NCBI RefSeq assembly: GCF_009914755.1
Contig: NC_060933.1
Length of the DNA stretch: 64,000 nucleotides
Strand: one strand, 5' to 3'
DNA from: the human T2T-CHM13v2.0 reference genome, Homo sapiens
This document shows, piece by piece, positions 46,140 to 63,569 of the stretch (position 1 is its first letter; every line of letters begins with the position of its first letter). Position numbers and translations under genes: made by a program. The notes under the pieces are model-generated. The model was not told the DNA's origin. It saw only the letters and a list, made by a program, of their open reading frames with translations, and did no database searches.

Positions 46140-48039
46140 TAAGGCAGTAAACTGAATGTTTGGGCCCTTCCTGCCTCACTTTTGCAAGTGGATTTGCATG
46201 TTGGCTGTTGCTTACTGCATCAGTTCGTGGCATGTGAGCTGAGTCATTACACTGGTTACTTCTCTAACTAGACTTAGCATAAGGAAAACAGGATAAATAG
46301 TAGCATATCCTATTCACAGCAAAGGAAATGACCACTTACATCAAGAAATTGCTGAAAACTTGACAATTAACAGGAACATATAACAGGTGGAAACTGTGCA
46401 AGCCTTAATAGAGCTCACTCATTTTGAGAGATATGAATGTAAGTATAGCCTTTAAATTGCAAGAGATAAATGCCACCTATGCTTTAAGGGGTATTGAAAC
46501 ACATTTTCTTTCTATGGAAAATGGTCTGAACAATCATTGTTCTAGGATAATAAGGGTATCCTCAAGACCAGTAACATACTAGGTAACCCATTTACTGACA
46601 CCATCAGCATCTTTTTTTTTAGAGCTGAGAGAAGCTATCCACAGATTGGACAAACATAAGTTGATCATATCAGGACTCACACAATCGACCATACCCCTAC
46701 AATCCAGGCATGCTGCAAAGCATTACAAGTTTCTTCAAACATCACCTTTTCCGAAGGTAACATTTGAATTTGGTTATTTCTAGGAAAAGACGCCAGTTCA
46801 GAAGGTCCTGGATGTTGAGGCCTGACTTCCCAGTCACCACCCATGCCCTTAAACAAACTAAACAAGAGTTGCTGACTGTGCTAGTTACACTTTGTACAAG
46901 CTTTTGTTAAAGTCTACCCATTTATTTACCACTCAAGGCAGGCCCAAGTAGATACCAGCTGGGGAGGTCCAGTGGCCAGCCAAACTGGGCCCAACATGGC
47001 AACTTCTCAAGGAAATGCATGACTAGCCTCCATGTTAAATTCTCAAAGTGCAGTACCTGTTAACAACTCTGTGAGGTATACGCTTTTATTCCAATCTTGC
47101 AGCTGAAGATTCTAAGAAGGGCTGAGGAAGTCGCTCAAGGATATACAGAAAAGGTAACTACGTATCACACCTGCCATCTGTGCCTGGTCTGGAGCTGATT
47201 ACAAATGCAGTGTCCTTCTTAACACACTACAGTGCCCATGGCATATTACTCTTACAACTACAGAAGATCCTTTTAAATAATACGAATATAGGAGTAGGTT
47301 ATAGGTCCCCACTCTTATTAAGGTTTATCATCATTGGGGTTTCTAAATTACCCCTTTGTGGCAAGTAAATGATAACAATGAAAAATAATTATGATCCTGG
47401 AAAACTATAGATTCTTAATATTGAAAAACAGAACACACAAGTATATACAACAGAAACTGATCAAGAAAATTAGGCATTCACATTAAGTGTCTAAAAGAAG
47501 CTATCAAGAGTCTATGAAAGCTTTTCTAGGAATTGTTAACAGGACAGACATCTATTGTTCTTAAAGATGGTGTTAGCCTATGAACTGACTTCAGGATCCT
47601 TTAGAAAATAATGAATGGAAGCTAGAACAAAACTAGATGGAACACAAGATATTTATTGCCTATCATTAGCAAATACTTTCTTAGAGTAAGAATATTAATG
47701 AGGTTGACCTGAGAAAAGCAGCTATTGCCGTGCTTTGCTAGGGACAGTATACATAAGCCCAGTATTTCTGGAAAGCAATTTGGCAGTTTATAATATCAAA
47801 GATCTGAAATATCTTATCTTTTGATGTGGTAATTCAACTTCTTAGGATTAATCCTAAGGAAAGGAGCAGAAATGAGGAGAGAAAATTATATATGAACATT
47901 TTCTTTATAAGGATTATAATATCTTCATGTTTAAAATGGCCTACATACCTAACAAATGAGAAATAGGTAAATTATAATATACCCAACACTGTAAATTTCA
48001 AGTGATAAAAAAAAGTGAGAAGCAGGTTATAAAACTTCA

Positions 48040-48631
<592 letters not shown>

Positions 48632-49230
48632 TTATGGTGGGTTTTAATTTTCTTCTCTGCCATCAGCAGCTTCTTCCCCAACTTCCCTCTTTGGAATAAC
48701 TCCATCTTAGTCACCAGCCCAGTGACCACCCTGCTTTAGTCAAATGGCTGGTTGACTGAATCTAATATGATAATTTGAAGGACAACACTCTGTCAAGTCA
48801 GCAGCTTACTGTTTTACACAGTTAGGTATTCCAATTTTCAAGGAATGATTTCTAACTCTGCATCACCACTCCAGTTAAACACCATGTACATTCTTGTGGC
48901 CTCCACATTAGGTCCTTGTGGTATGTTTTCCAAACCTCCACAGACTCACATTGATTTATGTCTAAGAAAGAAGCAACATTTTTAAGAACTCAATTATTGT
49001 AGGGCTCTTATAGTACTCTGCTTCAAAAGTTAGTTTTGGGCAGAGACTACTCAAAGAACAGATGTCAAGCAACTTCAAAACAGTAAGCCTTACACTTTAT
49101 TGCCATCTTCCTTTTAATCTTCAGCCTCAAACTCTCAAATACTGAGAGGGTTCCAGTCTTTAGGAAATATTAATATACTCTCACAGTTTATTAAATTGAT
49201 GGCTCTGTTGTAAAGATTATTATGCCAGAT

Positions 49231-49410
49231 CACTAGTTCTCAAAGTGTGGTCCCCAGTCCAGCAGTCTCAGGACCACCTGGGAACTCGCTTTAGAAATGC
49301 AAATTCTCGGGTCCCAACATGGCCTACCGAAACAGAAACTCTGAGACTGGGGTCTAGAAATCAGAATTTTAACTAGTGATGCTGATGCAGACAAAAGTTT
49401 GACAACTTCT
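49231..49410 (-). mobile_element. MER5A
   Basis: gttctcaaagtgtggtcccc...agaaatgcaaattctcggg...aaagtttgac. Confidence 0.8.
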
Positions 49411-49819
49411 CCAGAAACGTGAACCTGATTAAGAACAAAATATTTAACTGTTTATTAAGTGCTAGTTTAAAATATGAGGCAAAAAAGCTTTGGATATCTG
49501 GATAGTAAATTCCCCGGGGCAGAAAATGACCCTTATATGGCTTCATCTTGCTCAGGGAAGCCTGAAATTGTGGTGATCTGATGATGTCACTGCCACATGA
49601 AGAGAGGACATCTTTGAGAAGTAAACAATCACGCACCCGAGCAGAGAGTTTGAAATGTCACCACTCAACTTCCTCGCCATGATGACAGAGGCAGCAGTCT
49701 CTTGAGGGAATTAAACAACATGCTGAAATTAAGAATCTGATCCCTTTCTCTGATCTGTTGGCAAATCTGGGAAAAGTCAAAACTATTAGCAGAAGTGTAA
49801 TTTTAAAAATCCCCATATG

Positions 49820-49964
49820 GGCTGAGCATGGTGGCTCACTCCTGAAATCCCAGCACTTTGGGAGGCCAAGGCAGGCAAATTACCTTGGTCAGGAGTTCCA
49901 GACCAGCCTGGCCAACATGGTGAAACCCCCACCTCTACAAAAAATACAAAAAATAAAATAAAAA
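49820..49964 (+). mobile_element. AluS left arm only, with TSD
   Basis: taaaaatccccatat at 49804-49818 and 49965-49979. Confidence 0.9.
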
Positions 49965-50455
49965 TAAAAATCCCCATATCAATGTTCTCAGCTTTGGGGC
50001 AGCTGCTATTTACCAGTCATATCTTAAAAGAGCCCATCAAAATCCCATCAGCCACCACAAAAATTAGAATTTATGTCAAACCCCTACCCTATCACCTCAC
50101 AAACAACAGAAACTTAATAAATGGTAATTATATTGATGCAATATTTTGTCCTTATTATATAATAGGTGCTAGAAACATCTAGCTATGAAAAAAGTATTAC
50201 AAAACCAATCTCACTAGGACTTTGATTTTTCAACCCAATTCCATAGATGAGTTACATGGTAGAAACATACATGCAAGGCATGAGTAAAGACTGTGAGTGA
50301 TTTAAAACATCAATATTAAATATATATGATTTGTTGGTAAAGAACAAGGAAAACAAATATTTACATAAATTAGGTTATAAATTAGTGAACGCAAACGTAT
50401 TTATATACCTAATATTACATAAGAGTGCTACTTAAGGGAACTGTGCAAATTATAT

Positions 50456-50750
50456 ATTTTTTTGAGACGGAGTATCGCTCTGTCGCACGGGCTGGAGTGC
50501 AGTGGCACGATCTTGGCTCACTGCAAGCTCTGCCTCCCGGGTTCCAGGTTCACGCCATTCTCCTGCCTCAGCCTCCCGAGTAGCTGGGACTACAGGCACC
50601 CGACACCACGCCCAGCTAATTTTTGCATTTTTAGTAGAGACGGGGTTTCACCGTGTTAGCCAGGATGGTCTCGATCTCCTGACCTCGTGATCCGCCCGCC
50701 TCGGCCTCCCAAAGTGCTGGGATTACAGGCGTGAGCCACCGTGCCCGGCC
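50456..50750 (-). mobile_element. AluY
   Basis: CpG-rich; TSD caaattata. Confidence 0.95.
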
Positions 50751-50828
50751 ACAAATTATAAATCTTTAAAATGAAATGAAGAGGGAATTTGGAGAACTAG
50801 GGGGAAAAACAAAAATCACAGCCCACTT

Positions 50829-51390
<562 letters not shown>

Positions 51391-51889
51391 TTACTAGATC
51401 TCAACAATCACATGATTCCAGTCTCCTGGGGGACAGGAGTGGTGACTCCTACGGTCACAGCTTAGGAAGAAATTGCTCTCCCACTTGCACTTGCATTTGT
51501 GAGAATCACTACTCACAACCCTGTTCTCATACCTACCGCCATCCTCCAGACCCTGAAAGGTAGACACAATTTTTACTGTTCCCATTTTCCAAGTGGGAAA
51601 CACTCAATTGTCTGGGCAATTTCCTAAGACTCTAACCCTTCTACAGCTGGGCTTGCACTAGTCATCTCCAGGACTCTTGCCACCAACACAGTCAGAGCCT
51701 CTTCCAAAATCAAATAGAAGTGGCTTCATCAGATTCAAGATGATCTATGAGTTGATAAAAGTTTCAGAAAAATACCGTTACAGAAAGAATGTCACAAGTT
51801 TGGGAACTATAAAGTATGAGGGAAAATGAAGGGAGAAAATCCACTAACAGAAAACGGGAGTATCTCTTTAACCCACACACATGCATCCC

Positions 51890-52190
51890 CCTTCTCCACG
51901 GGCATATGGCTGCAAAGCAAGACATCGCATTTCCAGTCTCCCTTGTGGCCACCATGTGACAAACTCCCTGCCGACGGACTGGCAAATAAAAGTGATGGAA
52001 CAAATTCTAGTCACCTGCTTAAAAACACATCGCTTTCCCTGGACTTCTGCTCTTTCCCCACTGCTGGCTGGAAGTGGTGGCAACTAGAGAGGCCTTACAA
52101 GTGCAGAGCTGCATTGTGGGCCTGGGTCTCCGGGTCACAGGTAGGAGGGAGACAAACTCTAATGGTCTTTAAGCTACTTCATTGTTGGTA
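51890..52190 (+). mobile_element. LTR33-like ERVL LTR fragment
   Basis: catttccagtctcccttgtggccaccatgtgac...ttccccactgctggctggaag. Confidence 0.5.
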
Positions 52191-53007
52191 TTAGAGAAAA
52201 TAGGGAAGTAAGGCGGGGAGGGAGACAGAACAGAAAAGATAAACACTCCATTACTCCATTAACAAGCCATCTGAGTCTGTCAGATAGAAACCTACTTCGT
52301 TATACAAGGAAGGGATGACAGCATAATCAGCTTTAGTAATGGGGGTTTGCCATTCACTTAATGAGAAGTGAAAATATTTAACTCAGTATATAAACATTTT
52401 TTTTTGGCAAAAAGCAAACAAAGTAATGTTTTTGAATATATAAAGAACAAGGTCTTGGTAACAAATGAAAAATATTAAGACAAACTGCCAACAACTCGCT
52501 GGATCATAAGAGAACAAGAACATTAAAAATTCCTTAGGTGCTATTTTTAAACAGCCGGGAACACTGCCTTAAATTTATTAGCTATTATTTTATAAAATAA
52601 TAGAAAATAATGGTGTATAATAGTATATAGTATATAAAAAATAAGCCATGTAGCTTTTTCAGGAGGAAACATGGATGGTAACTTATTAAAAGCCCAGGAT
52701 TACAGATTTCATCTAATCACATTAGTAAAAGCATGTCCACAAAGATAAAGACCAAAGACTAATGATAGATAATAATGGCTAGAGCTGCAGGGAGGGCCTT
52801 AATGAGAAGAATGCGGAGAAGTGATGGGTATGGTTGGCTTAAGTAACTTAATATAATAGACCAAATAAGTATTAATGAAGACAAAACCAGCTGACTTTCC
52901 ACCTTTTACAGGTTAATGAACTCTGCAGCTTTCTGTGTATCATAGATCATAACACAAAACCCAAGTGAAGCTTGTGAAGAGAGAGAATACAGATTTGAAA
53001 CTACTGA

Positions 53008-53308
53008 GGCCAGCATGTAGTGGGTCATGCCTTTAATCCTAGCACTTTAGGAGACCAAGGCGGGAGGATCACTTGAGGCCAGGAGGTCGAGACCAGCCTG
53101 GGCAACAAAGTGAGAGTCTGCCTCTACAAAAAATAAAAATTAAAAAAAAAAAAAAAATTAGCCTGGCTATTCAGGAGGCTGAGGTGGGAGGATTGCTTAA
53201 GCCCAGGAGTTCAAGGCTGCAGTGAGATGTGATCATGCCATTGCACTCCAACCTGGGTAACAAACAATGTGAACTCAAATCTTTAAACAAAAAAAAAAAA
53301 AAAAAAAA
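53008..53308 (+). mobile_element. AluJ with internal deletion, followed by a GA-rich tract
   Basis: J-type right arm lacking its first ~30 nt. Confidence 0.9.
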
Positions 53309-53712
53309 GGAGAGAGAGAGAGAGAACGAAAGAAAGAGAGAAAGGGAAAGAGAAAGGGAAAAGGAAGAGGAGATTGGGCCTTCCTAGAAAAAGGAATATT
53401 TTGCCTTCCAATGAATCACCAGAAAAAAGTAGAGCTTTAATCTTTGACCTTGAATCACAATAGTATCATAACAAAAGAACAAATCTTGATGAAGTAATTT
53501 TACTTTCCTAAAGAAAACTGTCATTAGTAAACCTTCAATTACTCACAATTCCTAGTCTTGAGCTCCCAGTAACTCAAGCTTGTGAAGGATTAGGTTCTAA
53601 TGCAATGGGAGCCTACCACCAAATATATTTATAAAATAAGCAGTGCAATTCAAAACTTCCTCTACAAATGTATAATCTTTGCTTATAAAACCCACATTGA
53701 TGATCCCAAAGC

Positions 53713-53803
53713 TTTAATAAAAAACAATAAAGAAAGAAAAGGAAAACCACTTATTGGTACTAAAGCCTTTACTGTAATAAACCAAATATATTTACAATTT
53801 ATA
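53713..53803 (-). terminator. TLE1 cleavage/polyadenylation region: AGTAAA (53768-53773), upstream TGTA elements, downstream GTGGTTTTCCTTTTCTTTC element, second ATTAAA (53713-53718)
   Basis: Reverse complement reads TTGTATAAATTGTAAATA...ACAGTAAAGGCTTTAGTACCAATAA|GTGGTTTTCCTTTTCTTTCTTTATTGTTTTTTATTAAAG. Confidence 0.75.
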
Positions 53804-54265
53804 CAAATGTTTAACCTTCAACAAAAATACAAAAAAACATTTCACAAGATGCAAAACCAGGAAACAAGTTCATTGGAGACACCACTGCTCTACAAAGGAC
53901 GGAAAGTGAGGTGAACTGCAAGGAACAGAAAGGTAATCTCACACTTGGGCAAGGCGTGATCCCCAGATCACCCAGAAAGAAAGAATGGGCTGTCATGTGA
54001 GTCGGCAGATTCCGTTCCTCAATCCTACAACCCATGGCCCCTCTGTCCGCTTGGCCTTGGTGCTCCATTTGGTCTATGTAGACAGGTGACTTTCTGCTGA
54101 TGGACTTGTCGCCTCCTCTTTGTAGACTCAAAGTAGTTTTCTGTCAAGGTTTGGAAACAGGTGTTTGTAATTTTTTTTCTCTTTTAAAGTTACAACTTTT
54201 CTATTTCTATAAATTCGAAACATTTTGGCCCAATTCAACTATAAACGTTAAACCACATAATGTTT
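53751..54265 (-). other. TLE1: TLE1 3' UTR (end inferred from poly(A) architecture)
   Basis: Repeat-free sequence after the stop codon, ending about 17 nt past AGTAAA and just before a U/GU-rich tract. Confidence 0.8.
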
Positions 54266-54400
<135 letters not shown>

Positions 54401-54482
54401 TTAATGTGGAACAACGGTACTCAGAGGCCCTGCTCCCTCGGAGGCACCTTCACTCCTGGCTTCAGAGGCGACACTGTGGTCA

Positions 54483-54620
<138 letters not shown>

Positions 54621-55026
54621 TCACAAGGTTAAAATTCCTACTATACAATTAGCAACTTGGACTTAATCAAACTAAGAACATTTTTAATATATGAACTATC
54701 ATGCCCTAAGGACTGGTCCATGATATGAACAGAGGTTTTAATCTGGGCTCCTCAGTGATTTATCAGTGATCTTGGGTATAATCTAAGAGGTATCAGCCTC
54801 CTTAGTCACTGGATACAGGACTAGTAGCATCATATCCAACACACGGTAACCCTCAAATATAGAAATCAATGAAGAATGTGTTCTATTTTAGTCAGTCTCC
54901 TCATGATAAAATGGGATTAAAGATTCCCATCTTTAATGGGAATTAAAGGATTAAACATCCAACTTAAGTAAAATGCCAGTCACATCATATAGCATGAAGA
55001 AAAATGCTCAATAAGTGATAGGCACT

Positions 55027-55074
55027 CATCCACCCATCCATCCATCCATCCATCCATCCATCCATCCATCCATC
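55027..55074. repeat. (CCAT)n tetranucleotide repeat in TLE1 intron
   Basis: Directly visible. Confidence 0.9.
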
Positions 55075-55544
55075 TATGCATACTGTGAACAGATATCTGC
55101 CCATCTGCAGCACACAAGAAGGGTCACCACATGAACTTCTTCCCTCTTCATCCTCACTGTAGAGTAGAGTGTAACTAAGTGTCTGCGTATACCTAAATAT
55201 CGACTTCTCTAACCCTGGATTCCTCATCATGGCCAGCTCATAATGACTTCCACTGCCCCTGCTCCATTCTTCAATAAATTCCCGCCCACCCCTCTTCAGA
55301 GTAGAAACTCATTGTCGTCTCCCAACCCCTCCAAAACAAACTTGTGTCCAAACCGTGTATTAGGCAATCACATTGCCTGCTGACTTTTCTCAAATTAGCA
55401 AAACAGACTGAAACAGACATTGCTGTGCTCTGAAGGGCATATTAAAACAATAGAATTATTGCATCCAGCTGCTCGGAGAACATTTTTTCCAGATTATGAT
55501 CTCTACCATATTTTTTTAAGAAGCATTTTCCATTTGGGCCATCA

Positions 55545-55727
<183 letters not shown>

Positions 55728-55996
55728 CTACAAGGAGCAAGACAGGCTCACTCATTATTCCGCCTGATACACTTAGGAAGGGAAGACGCAATGTGAAAAG
55801 TGGGGAAATAGCAAGAATGGGGGGAAGTAATCAGCCAAGTCCAGACTGTGGGGAGGTCCACAGGGCGAGTGATCTAACGCAGATGAACCAAGTGTCAAAA
55901 CCTTTAGGAAACTGGAAACATTTGAACCCCTCTGTCTTTTGGGATAAAATTAAGAAATGATTCCTAATAATAATGGCATTCATCTGTACATTTTAA

Positions 55997-56657
<661 letters not shown>

Positions 56658-57668
56658 CTTATGGATACAATGATATGCTGCTAGAGTTTATTTTAAAATA
56701 ATCCAGTGTCTGGGGGTGGGAACGAGAGTTATCATATGGCCAAATAACTTAAAGCTGAGCGATGGGCATGTGGCATTTATTGTACAATTCTCTGTGCTTT
56801 CATAAATGCTTGGACATTTGCTGTACTCATATGTATTTGAGAATTTCTCTAAGAAGTTTTAAAAAAAGGCAGAACAAAAATTGTATCCTGCTTATGTTGG
56901 GAAAGAGTGAAAACAGCAAGACTCTAAGAAACTCAACAAAATGTTAACAGGAATATGAAATTTAGAAGTATATATGCTTGTTTTCTGTTTCTGTCCTAGT
57001 TTTCTGAGTAGAATTATTTTTATTACAAAACAAGGTAAAAAATAAATGCCAAGTCATGATCGAAAGAACAATTCTACCACCAGAAAGCATTTAAAATGGC
57101 AAACACTGTTTTTTCCAAAACAAGTCTACATTCAGACATTGGACATCAAAATACTTTTCACAATCTACAAAGTTGCCATTTATACATTATTTCAAAAGTC
57201 TGCAAATCTAGTCAGCCACCAGTTCATTTTTTAAAGGATGAGGAATAAAATGGGTATCACTGAGGTATCTGTGCATTTTTTTGAGCTCTCTGGTGCGGGG
57301 TAAATAAATGAACTTTCAGAGGAGCTGTGACTTTTCTCTACTCTTAGTGACATTCTGCAGATTTCTCAAGTTCTATTTATTTAGGAATCAAAAAATCATC
57401 TCCTACTCCTGCATTAGATGGTGAGAATATGTGCCACAGATCAAACACTGCTGAAGGAAAACTATACATTCTTCAATGTACAAATCCCTTAAACAAACTC
57501 ATATGTAAATATAACAGAGAACACACCTTAACCTACAGGATTCTAAAAACCACTCTAGTTTTGGGGAAGGTAGGGGGAGGGTCGTGAAGGAGGAGGTGGT
57601 GGTCATTGTTTTTAAATTAGTTATCTCAAATTCAGCCCTGATCTGTTTGTCCAGCCACTACCATCCTA

Positions 57669-58058
<390 letters not shown>

Positions 58059-59629
58059 AGTGTCTGCTGATGCGCAAGATCAAACTAACCTTCCCCTGAG
58101 GAGGAGGGGAAACAGCACCTGCGATTGTCTTTCCCTGTTTTCCACGATCCAAGTGCTAAAGAAATGGAATGCCACTGCAGGTCACTACCCAGAACTTAAA
58201 TATGCTACTCTGACAAAACCGTCTGGAAGGTAAAATTCTTTCCAGGTCTGGAAAAGTGTTTAATTGTTAAATAGAAAATAAAAGACAAACACACAAAATC
58301 CCGATTGTATTCCTTATGGGAAGATAAAGGTCTGTTCTTTAATCGTGCAGGCCTGAGTCCGTGAGAGAAAGAAATGGGGACGTTACAAGCACAGGGTGTA
58401 CAGAAGCATTCCTGTTTCCATGAGTGAATCAACACAGCAATGCCCTACGTGCCAACAGAGCATGAGCTCATGTATTTACTCAACCTTGCTTTCTGTGTTA
58501 GAAAGAGCCCTGCATTAGGAAATCTGGACTCCCAGAGACAAAGGGTCACGCATGCCGGCCTCCTGACCTCAGAGGCATTGGGCAGAGACACAGGTAATTG
58601 CTGAGGCAGACCCACGGGCACCTCAGCAAGACTCTGCCTCCAAGCGGAGCACAAGGTTGTTCTTTAAAGAACCTTGTGCTTCATTCAAAAATCGCCATCA
58701 GAAACGATCAGCCAACAGGGATCTGCTGAGCACAGATGCTGTGCAAGGCAACTAGCAGAGCTGCTGAGGGGAGGTCAGTGTAAGCCCCAGCAGGGACGGT
58801 GACTGGTGGACTCAGTTCTGCATGCTGAGAGGAAGGTGGTGGGGGAGGCAGCCAGAAAAGGCGAGCAAAGTCTAGACCCACCCTCAGAAGCAGGCGGGAT
58901 CCAGTAAAGAACTGCGTGGGAATTTCAACACTGAGAAGAAAGTTACCATGCTGCTTCTTCCTCCAGGATCCCCACACCTTATCATTCCTGTAGAGCTCCA
59001 AACTTTTAACCTGAGCTTGGATTTTAAAGAGTGCAAGGGAAGGAAAAAGCACCACTACTGCCCTAAATTCTAAGCCAAGACGTGAACCATCACTTTTAAA
59101 ATCTTCTCTCTGCAAGCCATCCCCAACTTCTGCACTTTAGGATCCAGGTTGAGTCCTCTCTCCTGCGGCCGTGCAGCTGGACCTCCAATGTTTCCGCTTG
59201 CTTCCCAGACATCCCCACAGAACACCCAGGCCTGGAGCAGTCCCTGCTTCACTTGGTGAAAGTGTTGCTTTCCTTCCCTTCAAACAGCTCTGGAAATCCA
59301 GTGACCCTCTGACTTCTTTTGACCTTTCTAACTCATGAAACGCTGTTCCTCCTTGACTGAAAACACCTTCCTCTGCTGACATACAGTACCTGGCAGCTGC
59401 TCCCCCATCCCTCTGCCCTCTCTCCGTCCATATACTATACTCCAGCATTACTCTCAGGCACATCCTATGACTGTTCAGAACGTGCTGGGTTACAGTGGAT
59501 ACAAAGACATTCAATAGGCTTTACATGGCCCTATTACATGCAGCAGCCACTAGCCACCTGTGGGTGGTCCAGAGAAAGATTTGTAAGACGCTACCCCATT
59601 CTATCCAACAGGTATTTACTCCCCAGGAG

Positions 59630-59830
59630 CCGGCACGGAGCAAGGGTTCAGAGTACAGACGAGAGCAGAATGCCTGGGCCTCAACTTGGCTCCACCACAT
59701 CTGACTGTGTGACCTGAAGCCAGTAACTTACCCTCTCTGAGCCTCAGGCACTTCCTCTATAAAATGGGGCAAATAGCAGGACAGACGTTATGAGAACTAA
59801 GTGGAGGAATATTTGAAAAGTGCTTAGAAT
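59630..59830 (+). mobile_element. MIR
   Basis: ctgtgtgacctg...taacttaccctctctgagcctcag...ctataaaatgggg. Confidence 0.75.
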
Positions 59831-60907
59831 TGATATTTTGAAAGTGCTACTTATGGAGTTCTAAAAAAAGAAAAAAACAAGTAACTTTTGCTAGGATAAA
59901 AGGTGGAGAGGGCGTTCGGCCCTGGCTCCATCATTCCATTTTGCTCACCTACACTACCCAGCAAACATAAGAGGAAAGTAACTGCCGCACTGTCACCCAC
60001 ACGCAGGGACCGGGCCCGGCTCAATGACACTTCATGGATTTCTACAGCGGAGGTTTGAAGAGAGTGAGCTGTCATGATGACTTCTGGAGCCCGTCCCTTC
60101 TCTGTGCAGCATGAGAGGGGACTTACCAAACAAGCCACAGACCCCAAACTGCACCATCCGCAGGGACGGCTTCCCAGCAAAGATGAAACAAGAGTAAAAC
60201 ATGTACTCATTTTACCTTTCATGTTTCATTCATGCTTACTTTAAAAAGACTTTTTGAGAACAGCTCTGGTGTGAGCACTGACTTCTGAAGGGAGCATTTG
60301 GCGGGGGAGCTGAGGAGAGACACATGGGTACCAGAACTGCAGCTGCTGCTAAGGTGACAGGGCTGATGCCAGAAGGCCAGGCAGAGCCCTGCGGGCTCCT
60401 GGGTGGAACCACCCCTGGGCAGGTCTATTTCATTATTGAGATACTTTAAAATCATTTTGTAGGCAAAATTCACAGAATCTCCTCTTCTCATGTCCCTTTG
60501 TTGATTTTCTGTTATCTTTTATCAGTTGGCTCTTGTCTGCACCAAGTTCTAGCCAAAGCCCAAAACATCTAGTATCAAGGGCCTTTTGTGCTGCCGTGTA
60601 ATCCACATTAGGCCACCCCTTGGCAAAAGCCAGAAATATTTTTAGAACAAGTTTGGAGTCTGTATGTGGGCTGAAGAATTGGCACATTAAGGAGATAGAA
60701 AGTCTCGGGTGACACCAGGCATAGTAATAAGACTGTAAGCCCCCCAAAGGCAGCAACACAGTTGTCTTTGTTCCCTCATCACCTAGCCCCATGCCTGGCA
60801 TTCAAGAGGCTCTTATTGTGTGGGCTGCAGGCAGCCAGAGAGAAGCAGAGGTGATAGGCCCAGCTGCTAAAGAAGCGAACCCCTCCTTAGACGACCATCT
60901 TTGCTCA

Positions 60908-61174
<267 letters not shown>

Positions 61175-62180
61175 TCATTGCTATAATGAATTACCGAGCA
61201 ATCATAGCACCATGTTCTCTAATGGCTGTCTTGGTTTTTTGAGTTAAGAGTGGTGTTTCATGGACACTCTAACAGAGCAAGAGTTCTCTAGTCAAGATTG
61301 GGGTCCAAGTACAACTGTCTCCTTCAAAATAGTAAACAAAACAAATTCACAGGAGCTTAGGTAACTGCTTCTGGTGTCCTGCATCACAGAGCTGAAACTA
61401 TCTAGGTATGAGGTACAGGTGTACACATAGTTCCCTGAGAAGAAACCACTTTTCCAAGCTAGTTTATAAATCTACCTCATCACCCTGCATTATTTACCAC
61501 TTGGAAACTGCAGGCCCATCCTCTATGTTTCGGTCTTCGTTATGCTGAGCACATTACCTCATTAGTCAGAAGGATTCTTGCTAAGAATTTACCAGAGCTG
61601 CTTTCTCAAGTTGTCATGTGGCTGCTGTTACACTTAAGCCCCTCAATGCAAAGGCCAAAGAACCTGATAAAAGCAGGCATCTTTCCATCAAAACCGACAC
61701 ATATGAAGGGGCTGTGGGTGGGGGGCCCTCATATGATCAACTCCTGAAAGATGCAGATATGGCTAAAGTTTGCTTACATGCTTTTAACGATGGATTATCT
61801 TTCAAAGATTAAAGAAACTTTAAGCACATGACTTCAACAAAGGATACTCCTACTGCTATAGAATATTGGGCCATATTTAAATAAGAATTTCATGAATGAA
61901 GACATTTTGAAGTTATTTGGTTTTTTTAAAAAATGCACTAATAACTACTCTAAAAAAAGTCTGTGTTTCCAAAACACCGCCACTCTGCTTTTTGGAAACA
62001 CCTTCTCTGGAATCCTTACAATTTTCCAGGCAGGCAGTGGGTACGTGGCACCATCTGCAACAGCAGAGTGCAGGCAGACACCACACCAGGGCAGGGCAGG
62101 GCAGGGCAGCTCGGAGTCTGCTTAAGGCCAGTGGTATGTGCTCTGTAAATCCTGGGGTTATGGTTTAGAAATCGGAACAT

Positions 62181-62557
<377 letters not shown>

Positions 62558-63077
62558 TTAGGTACTCTGGGAAAGCATTCTCACTGCTCTCTTTCGTTGA
62601 TGGCTGCCCCGGGTCTTTGCAGTGACAGCCTTTAACCCTTTCCTGAAGTTAAGGCCATAAAACCTAACCAGCTCTCTCAGGTCTCCCTTAAAAACACAGA
62701 CCCTGTTCAGAATGGTTTTTATGCCATGTTATCAAATATTTACTATTCTATATTTATCTAAAGGCTGTAGGTCAATTAAAAAACGAGTGGATGGCAGGGA
62801 TCAGAGTCCAGGCCCAGTTGTGCTTTTGTCCATTAAATGGGAAACTCTCTTTTGTAATACACATCCATACATGAGGAGAGCCTCTGTAAACCACTGTAAA
62901 ATATTTTTTAAAAAGAAATCCATCAACTCTGGGATTTAGCCAGTACAACAGCAACAAATGAAACCTTCGCATTTAAATGGGGAGCCGAGGGGGTTAAATA
63001 ACCAACACAGGAAACAGAAGGGGCTTCTATTTCCTCATAATGGGAATAAAACCCAGGCCCACACAGCTATTTCCTTA

Positions 63078-63569
<492 letters not shown>

